Of a stretch of DNA of 64,000 nucleotides, positions 30,295 through 39,845 are shown in pieces. A program made the position numbers and the translations under genes. Source of the DNA: an uncultured Ruminococcus sp. (lineage in GTDB: Bacteria; Bacillota; Clostridia; Oscillospirales; Ruminococcaceae). How positions within the stretch are numbered: position 1 is the first letter of the stretch; each line of letters begins with the position of its first letter. The notes below the pieces were generated by a model. It ran no database searches. It had not been told where the DNA came from and saw only the letters and a list, made by a program, of their open reading frames with translations. The stretch is from NCBI GenBank assembly GCA_947178575.1, contig CAMWYX010000002.1, positions 32,543 through 96,542 on the forward strand, written 5' to 3'.

Positions 30295-30330
30295 ACACAA
30301 AAACGTCCGCAGTCTCAGACCACGGACGCT
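30295..30330 (-). terminator. intrinsic terminator after rplA
   Basis: CGTCCG / CGGACG stem extended by wobble pairs, with a T5 run on the minus strand. Confidence 0.65.
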
Positions 30331-30362
30331 TATTTTTACAATATCATAAAATACTCTTACAA

Positions 30363-31058
30363 TCAGACGCCGTATTTTGTTGTAGCAACAGGAACTCCGG
30401 GACCCATTGTTGAAGCGACTGTACAGCTCTTGAGGTAAGTACCCTTTGCAGCAGCCGGCTTAGCCTTTACGATAGCTTCCATAAGAGTAGAGAAGTTTTC
30501 TTCAAGCTTTGCAGCTCCGAAAGAAGCCTTTCCGATAGGACAGTGAATGATATTTGTCTTGTCGAGACGGTATTCAATCTTACCTGCCTTTGCCTCTGTT
30601 ACAGCCTTTGCAACATCGGGAGTTACAGTACCTGCCTTCGGGTTCGGCATAAGACCTCTTGGTCCGAGGATTTTACCGAGTCTTCCGACGAGACCCATCA
30701 TATCGGGTGAAGCGACAACAACGTCGAAATCCATCCAGTTTTCTTTCTGAATCTTTTCAACCATGTCCATACCGCCTACGTATTCAGCACCTGCTGCCTG
30801 AGCGGCCTCGTACTTGTCTTCCTTGCAGAATACGAGAACTCTTACCTTTTTACCTGTACCGTTGGGGAGAACAACTGCTCCTCTTACCTGCTGGTCAGCA
30901 TGACGTGAGTCAACGCCGAGACGGATATGAGCTTCGATTGTCTCGTCAAACTTTGCCTTTGCATTCTGGCAAACCAATTCAAGAGCCTCTGTGGACTCGT
31001 AAAACTTTGCATAATCAACAGTTTTTGCACTGTCAACATATTTCTTGCCGTGTTTCAT
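30363..31058 (-). CDS. rplA: 50S ribosomal protein L1
   Basis: MKHGKKY.., [11 protein letters not shown] and [10 protein letters not shown] motifs. Confidence 0.97.
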   Translation of the reverse strand: MKHGKKYVDSAKTVDYAKFYESTEALELVCQNAKAKFDETIEAHIRLGVDSRHADQQVRGAVVLPNGTGKKVRVLVFCKEDKYEAAQAAGAEYVGGMDMVEKIQKENWMDFDVVVASPDMMGLVGRLGKILGPRGLMPNPKAGTVTPDVAKAVTEAKAGKIEYRLDKTNIIHCPIGKASFGAAKLEENFSTLMEAIVKAKPAAAKGTYLKSCTVASTMGPGVPVATTKYGV

Positions 31059-31178
31059 TATATTTCCTCCTATTTAAGTGGTAATACCGCACGCATATAG
31101 CGGAACGGTTAGCGGAATTTTCCTCCCACCAATAGAACTCTGAACGGGAGATTTCCCGTACATCATTCGTTTGTGTGA
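31059..31178 (-). promoter_or_regulatory. unusually long rplK-rplA spacer; candidate L1-binding autoregulatory leader
   Basis: 120-nt gap. The minus strand contains the hairpin ACGGGA-AATC-TCCCGT and a GGUGGGAGGAAA element. Confidence 0.3.
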
Positions 31179-31604
31179 TTAGTCAACAACAACAACGCCC
31201 ATAGAGCGAGCTGTACCTGCAATCATGCTCATAGCTGCCTCGAGAGAGCCGGCATTGAGGTCAGGCATTTTCTGTTCAGCGATTTTCTGAATCTGCTCTT
31301 TGGTGATGTTTGCAACCTTTGTCTTGTTCGGAACGCCCGAACCGCTGTTGATATTGCAGGCTTTCTTGATGAGAACTGCTGCCGGCGGAGTCTTTGTGAT
31401 GAATGAGAATGAGCGGTCAGCATAAACTGTGATAACAACAGGGATAACCATGCCGATATCGTTTTTTGTTCTCTCGTTGAATTCCTTTGTGAATGCCATG
31501 ATATTTACGCCGTGCTGACCGAGAGCCGGTCCGACAGGCGGTGCAGGAGTAGCCTTTCCTGCGTTAATCTGAAGCTTAATGTAGCCAACTACTTTCTGTG
31601 CCAT
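31179..31604 (-). CDS. rplK: 50S ribosomal protein L11
   Basis: [44 protein letters not shown]. Start moved to ATG 31604. Confidence 0.97.
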   Translation of the reverse strand: MAQKVVGYIKLQINAGKATPAPPVGPALGQHGVNIMAFTKEFNERTKNDIGMVIPVVITVYADRSFSFITKTPPAAVLIKKACNINSGSGVPNKTKVANITKEQIQKIAEQKMPDLNAGSLEAAMSMIAGTARSMGVVVVD

Positions 31605-31698
31605 GTATATTCGCACCTCCATAAATGTGGTAAACGGCGGGATTTTATTCAGCCGGTGAGCTGTAGAAAATCTCTCCCACTGTTGAAAATTTTTGTGA

Positions 31699-32256
31699 TT
31701 AATCCACCGACACAACCTGACTTATAGGAAGTGTGGTAGGTGTCTCTCTGCCGAACATTGATACGAGCAAATCAACTGTACGGTCATCGAGATTTATGCT
31801 CTGGACGATACCGACAGAGCCGTCCATAGCAGTACCGGAAATCTGTACTCTGTCGCCGACATTGAAATTGATTTCGACTTTTGATGAGACATCTATGCCG
31901 AAAGTACGTTTTATTTCCTCTTCGGTAAGCGGAGTAGGGGCGGAAGCCGGACCGACAAAGCCTGTACAGCCTCGTGTATTTCTTACGATATACCATGTAT
32001 CATCGGTAACGACCATTTTAATCAGAACATACCCCGGAAATGTTTTACGTTCAACTTCTCTTTCGACGCTTTTTGTTTCGCCGGTTTTTTTATCTCTTGT
32101 CTCGGTGATTTCGATTACTTTTTCTGTAGGAACTCTGACTTCCTGGATAAGTTCATGAATCTTACGGTTTTCAACAACCTTTTCTATATTCTTGGCGACT
32201 TTGTTTTCGTAGCCTGAATATGTGTGTACAACGTACCATTTAGCTGCTTCCGGCAT
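31699..32256 (-). CDS. nusG: transcription termination/antitermination factor NusG
   Basis: [16 protein letters not shown]-terminal (NGN) domain and a KOW motif ([16 protein letters not shown]). Confidence 0.95.
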   Translation of the reverse strand: MPEAAKWYVVHTYSGYENKVAKNIEKVVENRKIHELIQEVRVPTEKVIEITETRDKKTGETKSVEREVERKTFPGYVLIKMVVTDDTWYIVRNTRGCTGFVGPASAPTPLTEEEIKRTFGIDVSSKVEINFNVGDRVQISGTAMDGSVGIVQSINLDDRTVDLLVSMFGRETPTTLPISQVVSVD

Positions 32257-32283
32257 AATATATCCTCCCTCAGAATCCCGTTT

Positions 32284-32577
32284 TTAGCCCTGCTGATAGA
32301 TAAGACGCAGAAGATTAAGGAAACCGGTATCAAGCAGACCGACGAGAACGGCAGAGGCAACTACTACAGCGAGAACAACAGCTGTATTGTCGACTACTGT
32401 CTTTTTTGACGGCCAGACCACCTTTTTGAATTCGATTTTCAAATCCTTGAACCACTTAGCCACTTTGTTAGGCTGTTTTTTCTCGGATTTATTTTTTTCT
32501 TTCTTTTCCTTTTTTACCTGCTTATCGTCATTGCCGGACACTTCGACGGTTGTATTTTCCTTGTCTTTTTTAGCCAT
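32284..32577 (-). CDS. secE: preprotein translocase subunit SecE (Lys-rich N-terminal extension)
   Basis: The C-terminal 55 aa (FKDLKIEFKKVVWPSKK plus a TM segment) is SecE-like. GGAGGGAG RBS. Confidence 0.85.
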   Translation of the reverse strand: MAKKDKENTTVEVSGNDDKQVKKEKKEKNKSEKKQPNKVAKWFKDLKIEFKKVVWPSKKTVVDNTAVVLAVVVASAVLVGLLDTGFLNLLRLIYQQG

Positions 32578-32594
32578 AAAAATACTCCCTCCGA

Positions 32595-32744
32595 TTACTT
32601 GGTTTCCTTGTGAAGAGTGTGTTTGCGGCAGAACTTGCAGTGTTTCATCATTTCGATTCTGTCGGGGTCGTTCTTCTTGTTTTTCTTGGAAACGTAATTA
32701 CGCTGTTTGCACTCTGTGCAGGCCAAAGTAATTTTAACTCTCAT
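32595..32744 (-). CDS. rpmG: 50S ribosomal protein L33 (49 aa; not in the ORF track)
   Basis: Minus-strand translation [60 protein letters not shown]. Confidence 0.93.
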   Translation of the reverse strand: MRVKITLACTECKQRNYVSKKNKKNDPDRIEMMKHCKFCRKHTLHKETK

Positions 32745-32862
32745 ATCGGCACCTCCTGATTAAATTACTTCTCCGCCGGCGGATTACAACAAATCACCGT
32801 GGGAGATAGGTTGTTTGCCTCCCTCACAGGGCATAAAAAATACCCCCTAACGAGGTAACCTT

Positions 32863-32891
32863 ATTATACCACACAAAAAACAGCTTGTCAA
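32863..32891 (-). promoter_or_regulatory. consensus sigma-A promoter of the rpmG-secE-nusG-rplKA operon
   Basis: Minus strand: TTGACA, 17-nt spacer, TGgTATAAT. Implies a leader of roughly 110 nt. Confidence 0.75.
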
Positions 32892-33048
32892 GTATTTTCT
32901 GAAATTTTTTTATAATTCTACAAATTCACGTATTTAATTTTATATTTAAAGTTTAAAGAATTAAATATGTATTTTGCTATAGCATTTCGTGAAATAATGT
33001 GTTATAATAGAAACGTTCTGTAAATTTACATTAAGGAAGCGTGGTTAT

Positions 33049-34179
33049 ATGTTCATATATCTTGACAATGCCTCAACGACAAAACCGTGTCCGGAGGCGG
33101 TTCAGTCGGCTGTTGAAGCGATGACCGGAAATTTCGGAAATCCGTCATCTCTGCACCGTGCAGGGCTTGATGCTCAGCTTGCTATGGATAAGGCTCGTAA
33201 AATAATTGCCGGTTCGGTAGGCACGGAATCCGGAAATATTATTTTTACTTCCGGAGCAACCGAAAGCAATAATCTGGCTCTCCGTGGAATTTCATCTGCT
33301 TACGGCAGAAAAAGGCGGAAAATAGTTGCATCGTCGGTTGAACACGCATCTGTTGATGAAACACTGTCTGCACTTGAAAAATCAGGGTTTGAAATTGTCC
33401 GTGTTTCCCCACGTGAGGACGGCAGATTTTATTCCGCTGACTTTGTGAATGCCTGCGATGAAAATACTGTCATGCTTACTATGATGTATGTCAACAATGA
33501 AACAGGATATATTATGCCGGTCAAAGAAACTTTTACGTCTGTTAAGCGGAAATATCCGGAAATTATCACACACAGCGACTGTGTTCAGGCTTACATGAAA
33601 ATACCTTTCAGGGTGACGGCTCTCGGAGCGGATTTGATTTCGCTCAGCGGACATAAAGTTCACGCCCCGAAAGGTATCGGAGCACTGTACATAAAAAAAG
33701 GAATCCGGATTCTGCCGGAAGTAACAGGCGGAAAACAGGAAAAGGGAATACGTTCCGGAACAGAAAGTGTTCCGCTTATCTGTGCATTCGGGGCATCTGT
33801 CGGGAAATATAATCAATCCATAAAAGAACGTTTTGAAAAAGTATCCGCACTTAAAAGTCATCTGCTTGAAAATATTTCCGGAATTGACGGCGTATCGGTA
33901 AATTCGCCAGATGACGGTTCGCCGTATGTCATAAATATTTCCGCCTCCGGAAAGCGTTCGGAAATAATGCTTCACTATCTTGAAAGCCGGAATATCTATG
34001 TCAGCAGTGGTTCGGCGTGTTCAAAAGGACAGCAGAGCGGAGTTCTCGGAGAATTTGGCATAAAGGGAAAAAATGCTGACAGTGCACTCCGCATAAGTAT
34101 CACGGCAGAAACCACAGAGTCTGAACTCGATGAGTTCGCCAATGCACTGCGTGACGGAATAAAAAATATACGTGGATAA
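33049..34179 (+). CDS. cysteine desulfurase (NifS/IscS family, NifZ-like partner of ThiI)
   Basis: PLP lysine motif SGHKVHAPKG and active-site SSGSACS. Immediately upstream of thiI. Confidence 0.88.
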   Translation: MFIYLDNASTTKPCPEAVQSAVEAMTGNFGNPSSLHRAGLDAQLAMDKARKIIAGSVGTESGNIIFTSGATESNNLALRGISSAYGRKRRKIVASSVEHASVDETLSALEKSGFEIVRVSPREDGRFYSADFVNACDENTVMLTMMYVNNETGYIMPVKETFTSVKRKYPEIITHSDCVQAYMKIPFRVTALGADLISLSGHKVHAPKGIGALYIKKGIRILPEVTGGKQEKGIRSGTESVPLICAFGASVGKYNQSIKERFEKVSALKSHLLENISGIDGVSVNSPDDGSPYVINISASGKRSEIMLHYLESRNIYVSSGSACSKGQQSGVLGEFGIKGKNADSALRISITAETTESELDEFANALRDGIKNIRG

Positions 34180-34215
34180 CAATATAGTAATAAATATGAA
34201 AAAGGAGAATCTTAA

Positions 34216-35394
34216 ATGAAAGAAGTCGTACTTGTAAAATTCGGCGAAATGGTTCTGAAAGGTCTCAACAAAAGAACATTTGAGGATATGCTCAGAAAAA
34301 ATATCAAACGCCGTCTCAGAAGTCTCGGAAAATTTGAACTCACAACCGCCCAGTCAACCACATATATAACTCCTCTTGACGAAAATATCGAACTTGAAGA
34401 AGTTGTTGACCGTGTAGGAAAAATTTTCGGAATCGCTGCCCTATGCCGTGCGTGTGTATGCGAAAAGGATTTCGGCGATATTGCGGAAAAATCCGTTGAA
34501 TATCTTAATGATATACTCGGAAATGCAAAGACTTTCAAGGTAAATGCAAAGCGTTCAGATAAGGCATTTCCCATGAAATCTCCCGAAATATGTGCGGAGC
34601 TCGGCGGTGTTCTGCTTGAAAGATTTCCTAATCTTTCCGTAGATGTAAAAAATCCCGATGTTACCGTAACTGTTGAAGTACGTGATACAAATGCTTATGT
34701 TCACGCAGAAAATATCAAGGGAGCAGGCGGACTTCCTGTAGGAAGCAGCGGAAAGGCACTTCTGCTTCTTTCCGGCGGAATTGACAGTCCTGTTGCCGGA
34801 TATATGATGGCAAAAAGAGGCGTTCACATCGCTGCTATACACTATGTCAGTCCGCCTTATACTTCCGACCGTGCACAGCTGAAAGTCGAGACACTCTGCG
34901 AAAAACTCACGGAATACTGTGGTGGTATCGCATTTTTCTGTGTTCCTTTCACGGAAATTCAGGAGGCAATAAAAGATAATTGTCCGGAAGAATTTTTTAC
35001 AATAATAATGCGTCGTCTTATGATGGAAATAGCCCAGAGAATCGCCGGAAAAGATAATTGCCTTGCACTTATTACAGGCGAAAGCGTCGGACAGGTAGCA
35101 AGTCAGACAATGGCGGCTATGGCTTGTACAGATGCAGTATGCAGGATTCCCGTATTCCGCCCATGCGTCGGAATGGATAAAACTGAAATCATCGAAATCG
35201 CACGTAAAATAGATACTTTTGAAACCTCTATAGAACCATATGAGGATTGCTGTACGGTATTCACTCCCCGTCACCCGAAAGTAAAACCTAAACTTGCAGA
35301 CATCGAAAAAGCTCAGTCCGCTTTCGATTTTGAACCGCTTATTCAGCGTGCCGTCGAGAATACAGAAATGAAATCTTTTGATTATTCAAAATAA
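34216..35394 (+). CDS. thiI: tRNA 4-thiouridine synthase ThiI (no rhodanese domain)
   Basis: THUMP-type N-terminus and PP-loop LLSGGIDSPVA. Confidence 0.9.
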   Translation: MKEVVLVKFGEMVLKGLNKRTFEDMLRKNIKRRLRSLGKFELTTAQSTTYITPLDENIELEEVVDRVGKIFGIAALCRACVCEKDFGDIAEKSVEYLNDILGNAKTFKVNAKRSDKAFPMKSPEICAELGGVLLERFPNLSVDVKNPDVTVTVEVRDTNAYVHAENIKGAGGLPVGSSGKALLLLSGGIDSPVAGYMMAKRGVHIAAIHYVSPPYTSDRAQLKVETLCEKLTEYCGGIAFFCVPFTEIQEAIKDNCPEEFFTIIMRRLMMEIAQRIAGKDNCLALITGESVGQVASQTMAAMACTDAVCRIPVFRPCVGMDKTEIIEIARKIDTFETSIEPYEDCCTVFTPRHPKVKPKLADIEKAQSAFDFEPLIQRAVENTEMKSFDYSK

Positions 35395-35484
35395 GTATAA
35401 AAATATACAAATTAATTTATTTTACATGAATTTACAGCAATCTGTGAAATTCAAGGTAATTGTGTGAAAGTTTCTGCATATCAC

Positions 35485-35514
35485 TTGACAAGCAGTGCTA
35501 AAATAGTGTAAAAT
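35485..35514 (+). promoter_or_regulatory. sigma-A-type promoter candidate for the sortase/SpoIID-like operon
   Basis: TTGACA, 18-nt spacer, TAAAAT. Confidence 0.5.
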
Positions 35515-35645
35515 AATATTGCGTAAGGATATTGAAATTCTGTTCCTTGTCCCGGAATGTCCGCATTCTCAGGCATAAACCGAAAAAAACAGATTCGTTT
35601 CCATGCATAAATGAGTTCCAGTATCAATCGGAGGAAACAAACCCA

Positions 35646-36926
35646 ATGACAGATAACAATGAAAGAAATGACAGTGCTTCCTCAAGAGCCGAGAGAATAA
35701 GGGCTATAAGAGCAGCTGTAAATTCTCAGGAAGAAGCCGAAAATACAGCTGAATCATCAGCTCCGTCCGCAAGACGTGCCGGAAACAACAGGGCAGATTA
35801 CCGCAATTCCGGAATGCCACATCGTAATCCGCCTGCCGGTAAAAGAAAAAAAAGAAAAAAGAAAAAAACACTCGGACAGAAATTTCGGGAGCTTTTTCCG
35901 GAAAAAGGCGATAATGCCGCAGAAGTTGTAAGAAAATTCGTGTTCCTTACTTCAATCGCCGCAATTGTTGTGTGCGGATATATGATAGGCGATTATTATA
36001 TCGACCTATGGCAGAATAATATTCATAACGACCAGCTTTCGGATATATACGGGATATATACCCCTCTTCGTATGTCAGGTGATGAAGAAGAAAATACCGA
36101 AAAGTATGAGGAAAAATATTATACGCTCCTTGACGGCGCACAGAAGCTTCTCGACAAAAATCCTGATATTGTGGGATTTATACGTATTCCGTCAAAGGAA
36201 GGCGACCCGATAATCGAACTTCCCGTAGTTCAGGCGGAAGATAACAATAAGTATCTTAACCTCAGCGTACTCGGAAGAGAATCCCGTGCCGGCACTCTTT
36301 TCCTTGACTGGAGAAATCATTTCGACCATGTTGTCGACCACAGACTTGTCGATAAAAATTCCGATAATCTGGTTATATACGGTCACAATATGAAAGATGA
36401 CAGTATGTTCGGTTCGCTGAGATACTATGAGCAGAATGACTCGTATTACGAAGAACACCCGATAATCCAGCTTAATTCCAATTACGAGCAGTACACTTAC
36501 AAGATATTCGCTTTCTTTATAGTTGATGTATTTGATGATACTCCGACTCAGTACGAATGCTGGAACAAGCTCGATTTCGCCGATGAAAACGATTTCTATG
36601 ATTTCGTCAACGAGGCAAAAAAACGCACGCTCCGCACAAATGATGTTGATGTTAAGTACGGCGACCCGATACTTACGCTTTCTACCTGTAATTATCTTCT
36701 CAATGACAGAAGCCGTCTTATCGTTATGGCAAGACGTGTCCGTGCCGGTGAGGATATTTATGAGGGTACTCTGAACAGCAAAAGAAATACCAATATAAAA
36801 TATCCGTCCCTGTACTATAACACAAAAACAAACGAACAGTATGACGAGAACGCACCGTTTATTCCTTATGGTCCGGAAGATGCCGTCAAAGAAGCCAAAG
36901 AAAAATTCGGTGAGGCAGAAAACTAA
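35646..36926 (+). CDS. class B sortase-like transpeptidase, paralogue 1 (~130-aa cytoplasmic N-terminal extension)
   Basis: SrtB-type motifs VIYGHNMKDDSMFGSL, ILTLSTC and LIVMARRVR (His/Cys/Arg triad). One TM segment. GGAGG RBS before ATG 35646. Confidence 0.8.
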   Translation: MTDNNERNDSASSRAERIRAIRAAVNSQEEAENTAESSAPSARRAGNNRADYRNSGMPHRNPPAGKRKKRKKKKTLGQKFRELFPEKGDNAAEVVRKFVFLTSIAAIVVCGYMIGDYYIDLWQNNIHNDQLSDIYGIYTPLRMSGDEEENTEKYEEKYYTLLDGAQKLLDKNPDIVGFIRIPSKEGDPIIELPVVQAEDNNKYLNLSVLGRESRAGTLFLDWRNHFDHVVDHRLVDKNSDNLVIYGHNMKDDSMFGSLRYYEQNDSYYEEHPIIQLNSNYEQYTYKIFAFFIVDVFDDTPTQYECWNKLDFADENDFYDFVNEAKKRTLRTNDVDVKYGDPILTLSTCNYLLNDRSRLIVMARRVRAGEDIYEGTLNSKRNTNIKYPSLYYNTKTNEQYDENAPFIPYGPEDAVKEAKEKFGEAEN

Positions 36927-37020
36927 ATATCAATGAAAATTAATATTCCGCACCGGAATCAGATAAATATAATCCAAAATGACTAAAATTATCAGAAGCA
37001 CTGTGAGATGATGAGTAACA

Positions 37021-37926
37021 ATGAATAAACCTGCAAAGATAATTTCAGCCTGCGTTGCTTTCGTGGCGGCAGTAGGCCTCGGAGTTCTTGCTTACGATTT
37101 GACAAAATACGAAAAAATGGATATTCCTGTTTCGGTTACGAATACGATAACAACATATCCCGAAACCGAACCGCCAACCGAACCTCCTGCAACCAAACCG
37201 CCGGAAGTCTTTCCGGAATATGATGAATTTGTTCCCTCCGCTGAGGGTATAATGGAAAAATCAAAAATAATGCTCCGTAAAAACAGAGATTATGCCGGCT
37301 GGATAAAAATTGCAAATACAAACGTTGATTATCCTTTCCTGAAAGACCCCGGAGAAATAGAAGCCGGTCAATCATATTACGGCGGAGAAGCCTATGGTTC
37401 AAATGAATATTATCTTCACAGAAATTTCAACCGGAACTATGAATTCGCCGGAGCACTGTTTATGGATTACCGCAATAATTTTGATTCGGTTGAGGATAAG
37501 CAATCCGAAAATATCATAATCTACGGACACAATATGATGAATTATACTATGTTTGGTTCGCTGAGACAGTATTACAGCGACTACAGCTTTATAAACAGAG
37601 CCCATTTTATTGAGATAAGTTCTCTCTATCACGATTATGATTACGTTATATGCGGTTGCAGCGTTACCAGCGGTTATTATGAATCGGATTTCGTATACTG
37701 GAATATGGAGGAACTTGATACTGAGGAGGATTTCAATTTCTTCATGGGAAAGGTAAGAGAAAAACAGCTTTTCGATACGGGCGTTGATGTGAAGTATGGT
37801 GACAAGCTTCTCACGCTTTCCACCTGCTATGGAGTTTCCGAAAGTAATCAGCGGTTTATTCTCGTTGCAAGACGTCTCCGTGACGGCGAAGTTGCAGGGG
37901 ATATGTCAACTATTCAGCGGACGTGA
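37021..37926 (+). CDS. class B sortase-like transpeptidase, paralogue 2
   Basis: IIIYGHNMMNYTMFGSL, LLTLSTC and FILVARRLR motifs. N-terminal TM anchor and a Pro/Thr/Glu linker. Confidence 0.8.
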   Translation: MNKPAKIISACVAFVAAVGLGVLAYDLTKYEKMDIPVSVTNTITTYPETEPPTEPPATKPPEVFPEYDEFVPSAEGIMEKSKIMLRKNRDYAGWIKIANTNVDYPFLKDPGEIEAGQSYYGGEAYGSNEYYLHRNFNRNYEFAGALFMDYRNNFDSVEDKQSENIIIYGHNMMNYTMFGSLRQYYSDYSFINRAHFIEISSLYHDYDYVICGCSVTSGYYESDFVYWNMEELDTEEDFNFFMGKVREKQLFDTGVDVKYGDKLLTLSTCYGVSESNQRFILVARRLRDGEVAGDMSTIQRT

Positions 37927-38009
37927 TTACATAAAGAAAAGGACGATACCAAGAAAAAAGACGATTAAAAAACGACTGCTAAGTAAATTTTATGTCTGAG
38001 GTGAATCCA

Positions 38010-39506
38010 ATGTATTTTAAAGAAACATTCAGAAAGGCTGCTGCAGCTGTATCAGGATTTGTTATTGCCTGTTCTTCTGCCGTCATTACGGTAAATGCAG
38101 AAGAAACTACAGTTCCGGCAGAAACTTCAACCGTTTCCGCTACAGAAACTACTGTGTCTGAAACAACCGTTCCGGTTGATACCACAACATCTTCCGTTGA
38201 AGTATCAACTGAAACGTCTACCGAAACCGCTGTCGAAAATGACGGAGGTCAGGTGGAATGGTATAAGGCAGAACTCGACAGCTATGATGACAGTCTTTCG
38301 CTTATAAGCTATGAGGCATCGCCTGAATCTACAAAAAAAGACAAAAAATCCAAAAAGACTCCTACTCCTGTTGAACTCAATGTTACCGGAGGATATGTCG
38401 GGGATATTCCGTGGCTTGAAAGCGAACCGGTCATCGATGCAAAAGAAGGTCAGTTCGCAATCGTGACATACGGCTGGGGTCACGGCGTGGGAATGAGCCA
38501 GAACGGTGCGAATTTCTACGCAATGTACAGCGGTTGGACGTATCAGGATATTCTGTTCCATTACTATCCGGATACATATCTCATGAATACCGGTGAGGCA
38601 GAAGATGAAAAAATAACCGTGAACGGCATATCAGGCGACGTGCTTTCGATGGTCTCGCAGATAGTGTATAACGAAGTCGGCGGAAGTATGAGCTATGAGG
38701 CAATAAAGGCTCAGGCTGTTGCCGTATATACATACTGTAAATATAACGGAAACGATTCAAGCGACCTCAGATGCAAGCCGTTTCCTCCGCAGATTGTAGT
38801 TGATGCGGTGTCTGAAGTTCTCGGACAGGCTCTTTATTACGACGGCTACTACGCACTGACAATGTTTTCGGCATCAAGCGGTGGAATTACAGCAAACTGC
38901 GGTGAGGTGTTCTATGCCGACCCGCCGTATCTGCGTTCTGTTTCAAGCGATTACGATGCCTCATATGACCCGCATTACGGAACTGTAACATATATCGACG
39001 ATTTTCAGCTCAGAAACATGATTCAGGCAGCATATAAAATAAGTCTTTCGGATAATCCGGAAAACTGGCTTAAACCAACGTATTCCGACCAGACAGGATA
39101 TGTTACATATATCAATATAGATGATAAGCTGACTGTACGGGGATATGAGTTCAAGCTGGCATTGGGGCTGAAATCTTCAAAATTCAACGTGTTCTATACT
39201 CCGAGACCGGAGGGAGAAAAGATTCCGGAAGGTACGTCGCAGATTATCGTTGTTGACCCCGATTATATCGGTACACCGGCAGTATGGTATCCGAATAACT
39301 ATCCGACGGACATCGGAAGCGACCCTGCAACCACCGAAGAACCAACAGAAGCTCCCACTGAAGATGAAGAATCGTCTGAAGAACCAACGGAGGATTCCGA
39401 AGAAGCTACCGATATTCCACCATATACCGAACCAGTATCTCAAGAACCTACAACAGAAGAAGATTTATTCTCAGAGCCGGATTACACCGACGAACCGGTC
39501 TGGTAA
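38010..39506 (+). CDS. secreted SpoIID/LytB-domain protein with permuted motif order and acidic low-complexity ends
   Basis: Signal-like N-terminus. GWGHGVGMSQNGANFYA occurs before YNEVGG..EAIKAQAVAVYTY, SASSGGIT, PPYLRSV and LKSSKF. GAGGTG RBS before ATG 38010. Confidence 0.75.
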   Translation: MYFKETFRKAAAAVSGFVIACSSAVITVNAEETTVPAETSTVSATETTVSETTVPVDTTTSSVEVSTETSTETAVENDGGQVEWYKAELDSYDDSLSLISYEASPESTKKDKKSKKTPTPVELNVTGGYVGDIPWLESEPVIDAKEGQFAIVTYGWGHGVGMSQNGANFYAMYSGWTYQDILFHYYPDTYLMNTGEAEDEKITVNGISGDVLSMVSQIVYNEVGGSMSYEAIKAQAVAVYTYCKYNGNDSSDLRCKPFPPQIVVDAVSEVLGQALYYDGYYALTMFSASSGGITANCGEVFYADPPYLRSVSSDYDASYDPHYGTVTYIDDFQLRNMIQAAYKISLSDNPENWLKPTYSDQTGYVTYINIDDKLTVRGYEFKLALGLKSSKFNVFYTPRPEGEKIPEGTSQIIVVDPDYIGTPAVWYPNNYPTDIGSDPATTEEPTEAPTEDEESSEEPTEDSEEATDIPPYTEPVSQEPTTEEDLFSEPDYTDEPVW

Positions 39507-39516
39507 TATGATGAAA

Positions 39517-39560
39517 GACTTCCGTGAACGCAAAATCTGCGTGACCGGAAGTCTTTTTTG
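39517..39560 (+). terminator. intrinsic terminator after the SpoIID-like gene
   Basis: GACTTCCG / CGGAAGTC outer stem, inner ACGCA/TGCGT stem, then T6. Confidence 0.85.
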
Positions 39561-39726
39561 TGTTTTTCTGAATCAGTTTCTATTTGAACAAAATGACGAA
39601 ATATTTAATCAATCAATTAACTATTAATTTAAATACTGTAGAAAAATATTCCCTTGAATGCCTGATTTCAGCGAATATAACAAATAAACAGGCGAAATAT
39701 TGTTCAGGATTGTGCAAGATTGAGGG

Positions 39727-39755
39727 TTGAAAAATTGTACAAGATAATGTATAAT
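39727..39755 (+). promoter_or_regulatory. sigma-A-type promoter of the dcw cluster (Pmra)
   Basis: TTGAAA, 17-nt spacer, TATAAT. About 90 nt upstream of mraZ. Confidence 0.65.
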
Positions 39756-39845
39756 ATTATTGGGGGTAAAAAAAGGTGACGATGTGTGATTTTTCCACCT
39801 TTGAGGTGACAGACTCCACTGACCATAAGGAATTGAGGAAAAACT

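Noticed and set aside
35841-35868. A8/A6/A7 purine tract, considered as a programmed frameshift site in sortase 1.
   Set aside because: The zero frame stays open and gives a coherent protein through the tract. I mention it only as slippage-prone within the sortase finding.
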